From positions 36,208,001 to 36,272,000 of the forward strand of contig NC_043002.1 in the NCBI RefSeq assembly GCF_006345805.1: DNA of 64,000 bases, read 5' to 3'. Of this stretch, positions 37,212 through 50,190 are shown piece by piece. A program made the position numbers and the translations under genes. Source of the DNA: Octopus sinensis. Lineage: Eukaryota. How positions within the stretch are numbered: position 1 is the first letter of the stretch; every line of letters starts with the position of its first letter. The notes under the pieces were generated by a model. It did no database searches. It saw nothing but the letters and a program-made list of their open reading frames with translations, and was not told the origin of the DNA.

Positions 37212-38646
37212 TTGAAGCCGCTAAGGAGGGGTAGGCCAATAATGGCCAGCCCGAAGGCGGACAGAACTGAGGACCGAATCCAGGTCCTGAACAAGAGTCC
37301 AGCTGACGAGATGTCCAGCCCAGAAGGAATACCAGTTAGCAGGATGTCTAGCCCCGAAAAAGTGGGTATACCCGTTTTTTCCTCGGATACCGACGAAGAA
37401 GAAAGTAGGGGAACCAAAAAAGCATTAAAAGTACGCAGGAATATAGACGTGCCAAGCTTGGCAAAGAAGATGTTGAACTTCGCCGAAGCGGCAAGTCCCA
37501 AAGAAAGGAGGATTGATTTGTCCAAATTGGAAGAGGTTAAGAAAACCGTATCAAGAAGCGGGTACGAAATAAAAATACATCAGACCCAAGAATCTCGTGA
37601 AGAGATAGAAAGAAGGACAATCGTTTATAAAACGTACCGAAACAAAGAGAGAAAGATAGACTTTTCCTCGGAAAAGGAAGTAGAGCTGTGTATGAAACCC
37701 ATCTGGGAAAAGATTAAATTCATAACCAGGAGAAAACGATACGGAACTGTAGAAACCAGATTTGGAAGAGGAGGAGGCAAGGGAGCAGTCTATGATTCCC
37801 CTAGGAACATAGGCGATAACCCTTCTCCCTATCTATAGAGGGAGACGCGTCTCCAGAATAACGGTAACAAACATTCCGCCAGAAGTCGAACCCGAGCAAA
37901 TAGTGGCAGGAGTCACCGCAGGACTAGAGGAGAAATTGGAAATACGAGACGCCACTGTCGAAGATGCCAAAAAGTGGCAGGGGCAGAAGGTGAGGATAAC
38001 AATACAAGCCGAGCCGGACGTCTTAGAAGAAATAGGTGAAGTAATTGAAATTGGAGACAGCCGGATGGCCGTAATGGTGGAGGGCCGGAAGCCCAGGTGT
38101 TTCACCTGTGGCAAAAAAGGACACATCAAAAAAGACTGTAAGCCGGCAGAGAAGGAGAAAAAAGATGAGCCCATAAAATCAAGCTCTCAAGTAGCGGTAA
38201 CGGCGACAGCACCTGCACCAGAAGAAGGGGAGGGGTGGTCACAAGTTGCAGCTACAAAACGTAAACATAACAACCCCTCCCCGGAGAAAACCAAAAGTAG
38301 AGAGAAAAGGGAGGTGAAAAAAGCCAAGAAACCCGATAAAGAGAACAAAATCTACGCGGCGATGAACACTTCAAACAGAGAAGTGATGCGCAGAGTAGAG
38401 ACGTAACACATTGAAGAGATAGAAACTGAAGAAAAACAAGGAGAATGGAAGTGTTACGTGATGGGACAGAGAGTGTTCAACACGCTGGCGAACGACTTCC
38501 GAAAAGATGTGTGCCCATCCAGAATGAGCAAAGAAGATGCCCAGAAAGATGTGGAAAGGAGAAGCATCAGCACGCCGATTCCACGGACCCAGGAGGCAGA
38601 AGAGACGGGTTCCCCCCGTCTGCCGGACCCAGACGAAACAAGGTAA
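37212..38646 (+). pseudogene. Tx1 ORF1 (CCHC knuckle), one frameshift and one in-frame stop
   Basis: CFTCGKKGHIKKDC zinc knuckle; 37903-38406 and 38458-38646 share a frame, separated by TAA. Confidence 0.8.
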
Positions 38647-38653
38647 GCGAACT

Positions 38654-41600
38654 ATGGCTGTTCACGTTGGCTGTATAAATGTGCGCGGCCTGACATCGAA
38701 CTGGAAACAAGGCCGTTTACTAAATGATGTCAGGTCGCAGAATTTAGATGTACTTGTAGCTACTGAGACACGAATCGAAGGGCCAAGAGATCTACTCCCG
38801 CTCCTGGATGGCTACGAGAAATTTATTTCTCCTGGCCGGCGGGGGTGGGTGGGAGTGGGGTGTTGGTCCTGCTTAAAAAAGATAGTCTCAGAGAAAAAGT
38901 TGATTTTTTTCTGATTCAGAAGGTAGGCTGGTCGTCTTAGATCTGACGTTCAGTTGTGGTAAAGAAATCAGGCTGGTAGCAGTATACGCACCTAATTCGA
39001 GTCAGACTGATTTTTATCGAGACCTGGAGAAGTTTCTTGGCACGTCAAAATCCATAGTCATGCTAGGGGACTTTAACGTCATAGTCGATGCGCGCGTCGA
39101 TGGCGTTGGCTCAAAAGATAGAAAACCAAACCCTGGCTTCCGGGATCTACTGAGTCGCTTTCAGCTGGTAGATCCCTACAGACTTGAATTCCCGAACGCT
39201 CCACAGTGGACGTGGTTAAATAGCGACGGGTCTGTCAGGTCCTACATAGACAGAATTTTTATTAGAAAAATAGATAAAGGATTAGTTAAGTGTCCACAGT
39301 TTCACCTGGTCAGTTACAGCGACCACAAGATGGTCACTGGCGGACTGAACCTAGATAAGTTATGTAGTAAGGGATTCGGTTATTGGAAACTCAATAAGTC
39401 CCTTTTTGCTATTGAGGAGTACAGAAACCGGATTGAGTTATTAGTGCAGAGGGCGTTAACCGGTTCCATTATTAATAACAAATGTTGGTACGCCCTCAAA
39501 AGAGCCATCAAGTACGAGTCCGTTAGATACAGCATAGGTCTAGTAACTAGTGGGCGTAGGAAAGAGATGGGGCTAGTTAAGGCCTTAGAGGAGGCCATGA
39601 GATCTGGCGATGGAGCCCAAGTTAGGCTGAAGAGACTGGAGTTAAACCAGCACCTCGAAGCCAAACATATGGGTTGTATCGTCAGAGCTAGAATCCGCGC
39701 AATGGGGTGAGAGGGTATTAAGGCTGCCGGATGGGCACGAGTTGTGGAGGCTCGACGTGGAAACGATTCCACAATTAAGTCTGTGACGAACGGGCAAGGC
39801 GATGTGATTACCGAACCAGAGGAGATGTGTCGGACGTTTCAGGAGCACTTCGCTCGGCTTTTCGGGGGCGATGGGGGGCCGGAGGAGAGGGTGGACCTTA
39901 CGGACATCCTCGCCGGGTTGCCGCGCCTCTCGGGGCAGGACGCGGAGAGCTGTGAAGCGTCGATCTCGCCTGAGGAGATAGCTGAGGCCTTGGTCGACTG
40001 CGGTGAAGGTAAGGCGCCGGGAATTGATGGTTTACCTTACGAGCTATATAAAAGAATGCCAGACTTGTTCGGGAACGTGCAGGCCGGCGTTTTCGCGAAC
40101 TGGCGGCAGAATGGGTTCATTCCCAGATCTGTACGTCGGGGAGTGGTGACGCTGATCAGAAAGGACCCGAGCAAGGGGGACAGCATAGACAACTTTCGGC
40201 CCATCACTCTGCTAAATACAGACGTGAAGATTTTGGCCAAGGTGCTAGCGAAAAGGTTGACGCGTGTCGCGGGTGGTCTGATCGGTGAGGCACAAACCTG
40301 TGCGGTCCCCGGAAGAATCATCCAGGACAATCTTCACCTAGTACGCTACACCATAGAGAGGTTTGGGAATGACTCTGGCAAAGGTGGGGCACTGGTCCAT
40401 TTAGACCAGAGTAAAGCGTTTGATAGGGTGAACCATCGGTACGTGGTGTCCGTGCTGGCGCAGTTCGGTCTGGGTGTTGGCTTCCTCATGTGGATCATAC
40501 AATTGTACAATAACATCGACTCGATCGTTCGGGTGAATGGCTTCTTTTCGAAGCCGTTCCGCATCAGACGGTCTGTTCGTCAAGGGTGTCCGCTCTCCCC
40601 GATTTTGTATGTGATGGCTCTCGAGCCATTACTGCGAAAGCTGAGCGCCATCCCGATGAATCCAGGAGATGGAGGATCTGTGGCATCGTATGCGGACGAC
40701 ATCACCATCATCGTGACCGAGGTGGAACTCCTACGTAATGTGGGAGATGCCATCAAGGCTTACGAGACGGCGACAGGAGCAAAGATTAACCGGGAAAAAT
40801 CGGTCGGCTTGCAACTCGGCACCTGGAGGGGCAAGTCGATGCCTTCGAATAGCATCGTGGGATGCTGGACGGAGGGCCCGGTTAAGCTGCTAGGGATCTG
40901 GTTTGGTCCAGATCTCCAGATAGAAAAGAACTGGTCTGAAGTGACGAGCAAGGTGGCTCACGCGGTCGGGACTTGGTCCGGACGGTGACTATCCTTGAAA
41001 GGGAGGGCGGAGGTGGCCAATGAGTTTTTAGCATCGGTCATCACCTACCGCCTGACCGTCGTCCCTTGTCCGGATTCGTGGTTAAGCAAGTTGGAGAGGC
41101 AGATCTTCCACTTTTTGTGGAAGGGAACCACTCCTCTTGTAAGACGTTCTATTTGCTGTCAGAAACCGTTAAAGGGTGGCTTAGGGATGCCTTGGCTGTT
41201 GATGCGCAGATATGCGCTGAGGTTAAGGCATCTTTGGCTCTACCTGGATGGTGAACGGGTGTGGTCCCCGCTTGCGAGGCAGATGTTCCCCAGCTTTGCC
41301 AGTTTCGGTGGCAGAGAAACCTGGTATCGTCGTAGACTTAGATCGAGCATGTGGTATTCGGAGTGCCATAAGGCACTCTGCCACTTCCGCAAGTCGGGCA
41401 ATGCCGGCGGCTTTGGTACCACCGCAGCTTTCTATAGCAGGTTGGTAGAGGCCGGAAATGACGATGCCTTAGGAAGGACCTTGGGCCTCGATCGAAATCA
41501 GTTAGACAGCCTGTTCCGAAGGACGTTCGGGCCGAAGACATTGGATAACTTCCAGAAGTCTTTGACCTGGCAATGTTTCAGAGGAGCTTTACTCGTTCGG

Positions 41601-42041
41601 GATAAACTCAGAAGGCATGGTTGGAGTGGACCATCGAACTGTCCAAGATGCGAGCGGGATCTGGAAACAGTCTCGCACGCTATTGTTCAGTGTCCGGAAG
41701 TTTCGGACGTGTGGGTATATGCGGAACACCTGTTGTCAGACGGAAGAAGAGTACAGCTATCGGCTGAGACAATTATAAAAATTGACTCGCCTAGCTTTTT
41801 GACAAGTGAAGATAAGCATTGCTTTCTCAGTACAGTAGCAGTAGCGAAAGAGTGTATATGGAAGACTAGAATGAAAGTTGTAAAGACAGGCACCATGATC
41901 TCTGGCTCCGCCTTGGTGACCTTTTTCAGGTTCCACCTAAAAAGAAAGGTGGAGATAGAAAAAAGGTGTCTGTCTGCGTGTGAGTTTGACAAAAGATGGA
42001 AACGTGTGGCACGATTGCTGCGAGTGAAAGGGGCCACATGA
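38654..42041 (+). pseudogene. Tx1 ORF2 (APE endonuclease, RT, C-terminal zinc finger), one frameshift and two nonsense codons
   Basis: MAVHVGCINVRGL, LGDFN, SDHK, KAPGIDG, RPITLLNTDVKI, LDQSKAFDRV, RQGCPLSP, YADD, CPRC..DLETVSHAIVQC. Confidence 0.93.
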
Positions 42042-42488
42042 ACACGCTGTAAGTTGGCTGCTGAGTTTCGGTGGGAAAAACAGGGCTCGTGGGGTCGGCA
42101 ATCCTGGTGTTCCCACTTCATGTGTCGTTTTTATGTTGTGCTGTAAAAATTTGTGTATCATTCGAATTTCCTCGATTTTGTCTTCGATTTCATGTAATAT
42201 TTTTAAAGATCATTTATATGTAAATTTCATCCGTGTCTCATGACCCCAAATCATGATGTGTTGTCCCCCTCTTCGTTAGCACCTTGTGGGTAATAAAGAA
42301 ATATTATCATGTAGTGCCTTACTGCTTTCTGCTGTATTTTACCTCGAGAAAGGAACCCTGAGGAAGGAGGGCTAAATTTCGAATACTTCGTACAACAAAC
42401 GGCTGCAGGTTAGGAAAAAATTTTAATCGCCTCTTTCAATTTACGTTTTTATTTTTCATGTTTATATTCGTATTTCATTATGTTTATA

Positions 42489-43330
42489 TTGGGTTGTCCG
42501 GAAAGTTCGTTCTGATTTTTAAAGGAAAGTACATGGTCACTAAATACTTGCCATTACATTTTTAATGAACCAAATCTGAACCATTTCGTTGCACAATACG
42601 TCTCCATCTTACCTTTACCTTAAAAATACCCTCTTCCCAGAATTGGGGTGGTTTCAAGGCAAATAATTCATCAAGGTATCTTTTTACGTCATCTAAGGAA
42701 TTGAAATTTGCACCATTAAGACTATTCTGCAGAGACCTGAATAAGTGGAAATCCGAAGGAGTAATATCTGGTGAATATGGAGGGTAGGGTAAGTCACCTT
42801 TTTCCCATGAAGTTCCCTTCTCGGTTGTGGTTGAGAATTTTCCCTTTTACCAAGCCACTGTTTACGACGTCTAATATTTCGATAGAAAATCCATTTTTCA
42901 TCACAAGTCTATCGAAAAAGGGTGAAATGAGTTTGTGAGAATGGAGAGAAGAGCAGATGCCAACTCGGGATTTGCGGTTGCTTTCGGACAATACATAAGG
43001 CACCTATTTTCCAAGTTTAGGAATCTTTCCACGTTGTTGAAGATGACGATGAACTGTTGTATGGTTTGAAGTAAGCTTTATTGCCAATTCTTCAACTGAT
43101 AATGACGGATTTTCTTCAAGTAATGCCTCAAGGAGCTTGTCAAACTCAACTGGACATCCTGTTCGATATTCATCTTCAATTTTGCAGACGATCTCCTGCA
43201 AGTTCTTTCGTTCGAGCACTTTGCCATAAACTGAGTGTATGTTTCGAGTCACTTCGGCAGCAGAGTTACTTTTATTGTACTCATAAAGAATTATATGTGC
43301 CTTAAATGCTCCTTGGATACTTCCATGTTG
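42489..43330 (-). mobile_element. Decayed mariner, truncated by the DD41D element
   Basis: TA + TIR ttgggttgtccggaaag; HPPYSPD remnant, IEDEYRTGCP, KLGK.VP motifs. Confidence 0.85.
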
Positions 43331-43356
43331 AAAGGGTTTTAATCAAAGCAATTTTA

Positions 43357-44658
43357 GGGTGTCCACGAAGTCTGGGTTTATGGAATAAAATCATAACATA
43401 AACAAATAAATATAAGAAATAATAATTTTCCTTTTTTACTTTTGTTTAAATTAAATAAAAAAAATACTTTACTTTTCTAAATTTATTTGTTATTTTTTCT
43501 ACAGATGATCGAATGATGGCTCTGTCTAAAGAAGAAAGAATCGAGTTAGTATTATTAAGTGGACGAGAGGGATGGTCTTATCGCAAAATTGCGGAAGAAT
43601 TTAATCTTCCACCCCCTTGTAGGCAACCTATTTATTTTACTGCCGTCAGGAAATTGATCAAGAAATTTAAAGAAACAGGCAGTGTTTCGGATAAACCCCG
43701 TTCCGGGCGACCAAAGACTTCAGATGAAACTAAAGAGGCTGTCGAGGCTAAAGTTTCTGCTAGCTAGCCCCCAAAAATCACTTCGTCGGACATCTACGGT
43801 GTTAGGTGTTCCAAAACCAACCATCCACAAAATGCTGGTTGAGGAAAAGTTTCATCGATACAACCTACAGATATTGCATCACTTAAATGAAGACGATCCT
43901 GATAGACGAATGTAGACGTGCGAATGGTTTTCAGATAAATTGGATGAAAATATCAATTTTACGAAAAACTTTGTGTTGTTCAGTGACAAAGCTACGTTTT
44001 ATGTAAATGGTGAGGTCAACAGACAGAATCTTCTATACTGGTCTCGAGGTAATCCACATTGGATGGATCTATCCAAACAGCAAGACAGCAAAAAGGTGAT
44101 GGTGTGGTGTGGTTTTTGGAAAGTTCATGTTCTAGGACCCTTCTTCATTGAACATGTAACGGATGAGACTTATGCAAATATATTGAGAGACAAATTAATA
44201 TCTTAAATTGAGCGCCTAGGCGAGGGCCTTCCGAATTGGTTTCAGCAGGATAGGGCCCCTACCCATTTTGCCACAACTGTTAGAGATTGATTTAATGACA
44301 CTTTTCCTCCTCACTAGATTGGAAGAAGGGGTCATATGGAATGGTCCCCTCGTTCACCAGACCTTTCTCTCCTTGATTTCTTTTTCTGGGGTATGTTGAA
44401 AGAGCAAGTTTACTCAATAAAGATTACAGATTTAAAACACATGAGAGAACGCATTACCAGTCAGTGTGCTTAAATTGATGGCAATGTAGACTTATTTAAT
44501 CAAGTTCACCTGAATTTTGCAAGGCGCATCAAGTTATGCATTGAAAATGATGGAAATCACTTTGAAAATATTATTTATTAACATTATAATTAAATAAAAT
44601 TGTTTTGTTTTAAAAGTATGTGTTAATTCCCATGTACGCAGACTTTGTGGCCACAGTC
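43357..44658 (+). mobile_element. Tc1/mariner element of the DD41D (rosa/VS) type, decayed
   Basis: Imperfect TIRs with TA flanks; HTH KFKETGSV.DKPRSGRPK; FSDKATF, QQDRAP and PDLSLLDFF; 41 codons counted between the second and third Asp. Confidence 0.8.
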
Positions 44659-45956
44659 TATTATTTTGTAAAACAATATTGAATTAGTTTAAATGTACAC
44701 AAATGCATAAAAATAATTTTTAATTGAATTAGACATTTGCAAATACTATTAAATTTTATTAAAATCTAAAAAACAGGTAACATTGGACAGAACTGACTGG
44801 ATGACTTGATATATATAATCTATGATATTCTAGTAAGTTTCAAGTTTATAACACCTTGATATCTCATGTTATCTCATTTTATATGCCTAAGACGTTTATT
44901 TTCTATTCTGGTTTTTATATATTTCTATACATTATATTTGTATCTATAATTTATTTTAAGCCGAAACATAATACGATCCTTGTACGAACGAAAGAACAAG
45001 AATGTCCTCTGGAACGTTTATCTTCCACCGGCATTTGTAATCGATGGTGACATGTGCGATGATTTTGCGACTATCTTATATTTTACAGAGAAATTGGAAG
45101 CCCCGAATGTAAGTCAGCGCTTTATGCATAATTCAATATTTATAGTTCTCTATTTCTAACAGAAATTCTGTTCTCAATAATTATAGATCTATTTCTAAAT
45201 GTAATTCTTTTTCTTTTCGTTCATGCATTCCCGTCTGTCTCTTAACAAAGCTTTCTTTCTCCAGCGTTCACCACGCCACCTCGTTAGGGTTAAACAGCCC
45301 TTAGCGAAAATTTTGACTGTCCTGATTTTGTTAGCAGCTTTGACGTTCCACGTATCTCAAATTTTATCTAATTTGCTTTGGGCGAGCAATTGCTTTGACG
45401 AAGACACATCTTGTTGCAATGCGGAGTAGGTGATACTGCCAACAACTGAGGGAGGGTTCTTTTTTTATATACTACCTTCAAGCTATAGTTCTCTGTGTAA
45501 TTATAATTTTTCTGCCGAGCCGAGCCGAGCCGAGCCGAGCTGAGCTCTGGTCGCCATAGCGCTCACTGTGGTCTCGTAGCCGTGGACAGAGAGCCCTATG
45601 GCGCCCAGAGCCCAGCTCAACACACTCCTTATACCCTAAGTAAGGCATGTGTAAAATTTGAATGAAATTGGTTGTGTACTTCTCAAGTTTTAGGGACTTT
45701 CATCATGTGTGTCAGCAAGTCTCGCCATTCGGAGGACGGGAAAATGAAATATTTTGCAATGTAAACATGATTTTTTTTAAGAGAAAGATTGTCATGATTG
45801 TGTGTTGGTGGTGGTGGCGATGATAATTATCATTAGGAAAAAGAGTGAGTGAGTGAGGAAGACATATACATAAGTTGTGACGATGATAATTCTAGACACC
45901 TTTTCACATTTTGATGAAGAAAACCCGATTTCATTCGGGTCTACTGGGGCCACATA

Positions 45957-45997
<41 letters not shown>

Positions 45998-46112
45998 TGT
46001 GTGTGTGCACGCTGTAGAAATTAAATTAGAGATAAAACCACTAATAGGCAAATGAAACAGTAAAAAACAAAAAACAAAAACATAAAAATAAAAATATAAT
46101 ATTAGATATATG

Positions 46113-46188
<76 letters not shown>

Positions 46189-46639
46189 GACAGGTAGACA
46201 ATAGAATGCGATGGCGATGGAATATTTGTTTCTGTCTATGAACGCAGACAGATACATGAGTAAAATGTATGGGAAGCTAAGAGATAGAGTGAGTGAAAAT
46301 GTTCTTGGAAGAGAGGAAATAGCGAGAGTGATTTGAGGAAGACTTTACATTAAATAACGGGAGTGGAATTGTCAAATGAAGGGGAGTGAGAGGGTGAAAG
46401 GAGGAAATAGCGTGAGTGAGGAAGATGGCCCCTAGCAACCACACCGTTTAAGCTAGGGATTTCTAAGGTAGCCCACGGGCATCGTCACCTCATTCTACAT
46501 GTCCCTGTAAATTTTGGAGCGAATCGGACGGGACGTAGTGGCATTGAAAGCGAACCAAGTGGTAAAAACGCATTTCAGTTTTATATATAGAAGAAGAAGA
46601 CTAGCTGAAGGTGACCCGCTCTACGCGCGGGTAAGAGTG

Positions 46640-46915
46640 TGGTTGTTACTTTCTGTTGCTTCCTTTCAGCACGTAAAAAGCACCATCCGAATGTGGCCGA
46701 TTGCAGCGCCGCCTTGACTTGCTTCTGTGCCGGCGGCACGAAAAAAGCACCCACTACACTCACAGAGTGGTTGGCGTTAGGAAGGTCATCCACCTGTAGA
46801 AACACTGCCAGATCAGACTGGAGCCTGGTGCAGCCTCCTGGCTTCCCAGACCCCGGTCACACTGTCCAACCCGTGCTAGCACGGAAAACGGACGTTAAAC
46901 GATGATGATGATGAT
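46640..46915 (+). mobile_element. OK-like SINE 3' part
   Basis: gagtggttggcgttaggaagg..ccaacccgtgctagcacggaaaacggacgttaaacgatgatg. Confidence 0.75.
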
Positions 46916-47251
46916 TCTCCGTCTTTGTTTCTCTCTCCTTTCTCTCTCACTTTCCCACTCTCTTACTTTTCTTTTCTCTCGGACTCTCCCTCGCTTTCTC
47001 TTACTCTCTATCTTTATCTATCCCTCTCCCATTTATAAACAACAGAAGATCTTGAGTAAGTTGAGAAATAAAATATTTAGAAAGATCAATCATAAATATC
47101 AGGCAGTGGCAACGGAAAGGTCTGCTTCAAGGCAGACAGCCAGATTTTGAACCAATATTGTTAAACAAGCTATTAATTACTATGAGAGAAGTTGGGCTTT
47201 CACTGAAAGGACTTGAGAGATTGCAAGATCCACAACAAACAAATTCCTAAA

Positions 47252-47452
47252 ATGAATTTCGTGTATACTATTATATTTTTCTTGCAACTACCCATGTTGC
47301 TGTCTGCGGAGAAAACTTTTACGGCCGCTGTTTTTGAACCGACAATACCAAGTACATCATCCATGGGTTTGGTTTCGCGCGACAATGCCATCGAACAAAT
47401 GAAAAATGTCCTAAAAGGATACGCTGAGGTTGCTGCAAAGGCCAGCAAAAAG
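47252..47452 (+). CDS. Vanin/biotinidase (pantetheinase)-family gene, first coding exon
   Basis: Signal-peptide-like MNFVYTIIFFLQLPMLLSA, then KTFTAAVFEP...VSRDNAIEQMKNVL..YAEVAAKASKK (cf. recalled vanin FTAAVYEH..VSREEALALMNRNL); donor AAG|gtttgt, phase 0. The next exon (expected xIIVFPE) was not found in the window. Confidence 0.75.
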
Positions 47453-47494
47453 GTTTGTAAATATCTTACAGAAAGTATTATTGTTTTATTTTGA

Positions 47495-47570
47495 CACATT
47501 CTACCAGTATACGAAGTTTTAAAGTGTTTAGATAACTAGAAATTGTTTGCCGTTCAAAAGGAAAAGATCC
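47495..47570 (-). mobile_element. Merlin-family terminal arm (solo)
   Basis: gacacattctaccagtatacgaagttt..cgttcaaaaggaaaagatcc. Confidence 0.75.
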
Positions 47571-48240
47571 AAAAAGTATTTACTTTGTGTAAAAAAAATA
47601 TTTATTTTGTGTTTTATTTACTTTGCTAGGTAGTCGTTGTAGGATCGACTAGTCACGAGTAACTAGCGCGAGTGCACGCACCGGCACCATTCTTCTTAAG
47701 TAGTACCTGCAGTCCTTTGATATGAAACAAATATTAATATATTATGATAATAAGCTTCGTTCTTGCATACATTAATTTATTACTGGATAAGTACGACTTA
47801 TATATATATATATACATATGTGTGTGTGTGTACTCATCCAACATGCTAGAAACAGCAGCTACGTTCCCCCTCGATACATAAATCTCGTTATAAAAATTCC
47901 ATCTAAAAGAAACTACAGGCTATTTTACAGAAAACCTGAAAAAAACGGGTTGGTTATTGGTCTGCTCGACTAGCGACAGACTCGTCTAAAAACAAATGTC
48001 TGTCGATCTGCAAAATAAATCAAATCACCACTTGAAAAGGATCAGTAAATCTATTGTTGTTGTTACACACACACATATATATATATAGAAGCACTGCTCT
48101 GATCATATATATATATATATATTAGAGGGAAACCACTATGTGGACACCCTTATGCTAGAAATAGATCCGCTATGGTCTTACCACTAAGAAATGTTCTCAA
48201 GAAAAATTTATATAGAAGCGCTGCTCTGGTCATATATATA

Positions 48241-48444
48241 CTCTTTTACTCTTTTACTTGTTTCAGTCATTTGACTGCGGCCATGCTGGAGCACCGCCTT
48301 TAGTCGAGCAACTCGACCCCATGACTTATTCTTTGTAAGCCCAGTACTTATTCTATCGGTCTCTTTTGCCAAACCGCTAATTTACGGAGGACATAAACAC
48401 ACCAGCATCGGTTGTCAAGCAATGCTAGGGGGACAAACACAGAT

Positions 48445-48480
<36 letters not shown>

Positions 48481-48650
48481 ATATATACAACGGGCTTCTT
48501 TCAGTTTCCGTCTACCAAATCCACTAACAAGGCTTTGGTCAGCCCGAGGCTATAGTAGAAGACACTTGCCCAAGATGCCACGCAGTGGGACTGAACCCGG
48601 AACCATGTGGTTGGTTAGCAAGCTACTTGCCACACAGCCACTCCTGTGCC
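48241..48650 (-). mobile_element. OR-like tRNA SINE
   Basis: Matches 7611-8012. Confidence 0.8.
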
Positions 48651-49733
48651 TATTTATTTTTTTATTTTTCCTTTTCTCCTCTCTTCCCTTCTCCAAACTC
48701 ACAGACCCCCCCCCACACACACACACACCTCCACAAAAAATCATAAAAAGAATTCGGATCTTTTCCTTTTGAAAGCCAGATTTTCCTAGTTAACTAAACA
48801 ATTTGAAACTTCGTATTTGTTGTTGTTTTGTTTTGTTTTATCCACCATGATCAAGTACAGATAAAAGCTGAAATTTATACTTCGAACGTCGAGCACCGAA
48901 AGGAAATAGTATGGACATACTGCTCTATAGGCTGTCTCCAGAGCACTTATGCAAAGCAATATCATTGTTAAAAAGGAACAAGCAAACAATATTGATAAAA
49001 ACGCGATAAGTTCTCATCAAATTGAAATTTAGGAACTGGTTTTGATTTCCTAATGCACTTGAAAAAATCGCTATGTCAAGCAGGTTTAAAGAAGAAAGTG
49101 TAAGTAGCCATGCCCATGTAATAACTCAATTTTACGATTTAAGATTGACCTTGCTTTTTAGCATCAGTACAAGTAAGTATGCTATTTAATACATTGAGCT
49201 TCGATTGACTATAATCTTTTCAGATTACAAGAAAAAAGTATTGTACTTCCCTTTTACAAGTTCCAACCAGTTGGCAGTGGCCGTTGTTTGCAAAACAAAT
49301 TACATAAAAAATTATATATTATTAACATAATACAATTAAAAGGAACAATGGAAAATATAGGTAAATAGATGAAACAGTAAATAATGGAAACAAAGTCAAT
49401 ATTACTCAACTGTTTTGTGAGATTGCATTATTTACGAAAGTTTCTCCATAGCAGTTCAGATACATCATACTACTATGCCGGTTACGTTACTATGACAACA
49501 GGCTTAAAACTTTTTTCCTTTCATGAAAAGCTTTTCATCATATATGGTAAAATAATATTTATCCTAATTCAAATCGTGGTTTTTACGATATTGTAACTGT
49601 TTAAAAAATTACTCGTATATGTTACTTTTTTTTTTATCTTTCATTATCTAGCTTTTCTTCAGATATTGTAAAATGTTTTCCCTCATTAAAAGTGTGGTTA
49701 TTATGATAGTATTACTTGAAAGAAATTAGAGTC

Positions 49734-49762
49734 GGATCTTTCGATTTGAACGGAAAAGATCC
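49734..49762. mobile_element. 29-bp Merlin-family remnant with 8-bp TSD
   Basis: ggatctttcgatttgaacggaaaagatcc flanked by TTAGAGTC at 49726-49733 and 49763-49770. Confidence 0.8.
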
Positions 49763-49827
49763 TTAGAGTCTATGTAATTTTTTCTCTTTTACTTGACAAC
49801 TTTTTATCAAATATTGTAAAATAATGG

Positions 49828-50190
49828 GATCTTTTCGGTTTGACCGGCAGTTTTTAAAAATGATTTCCACGTAACTAAACGCTTTTAAACTTCGTATATT
49901 GGTAGAATGTGTTTATAAAACATCTTTCTCTCTTGGCTTTATTGAGAAAATTATATAGTTTGTAAGATATTTGTTGTTTTTTCTTCAATTTCTGCAATTT
50001 CAACCAATCAATGATGTCTATTGAGATGAAAACATTCTGTGCCGTATGAATATGTCCCTCGTTTAAGAAACAGATTGGGTTTATTTACATTTCTGAAGAA
50101 AAAAAATACCCTCTCCCATCCCTAACCCTAACTAACCCTAAAACAGATTGAAATGCAATAGATCGATACTAGGGTCATAATTATGAGTTA
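49828..50190 (+). mobile_element. Merlin-family arm including a CCCTAA mini-tract
   Basis: Close match to the 60639-61020 arm. Confidence 0.8.

Larger units (their letters stand above)
37078..42307 (+). mobile_element. Full-length L1/Tx1-clade LINE with 11-bp TSD
   Basis: TSD CATGTAGTGCC at 37067-37077 and 42308-42318; ORF1 and ORF2 present; AATAAA-type tail. Confidence 0.9.

Noticed and set aside
25503-47570. 22-kb composite Merlin formed by the solo arms at 25503 and 47570
   Set aside because: Flanking 8-mers (ttatttgt versus aaaaagta) do not form a TSD.
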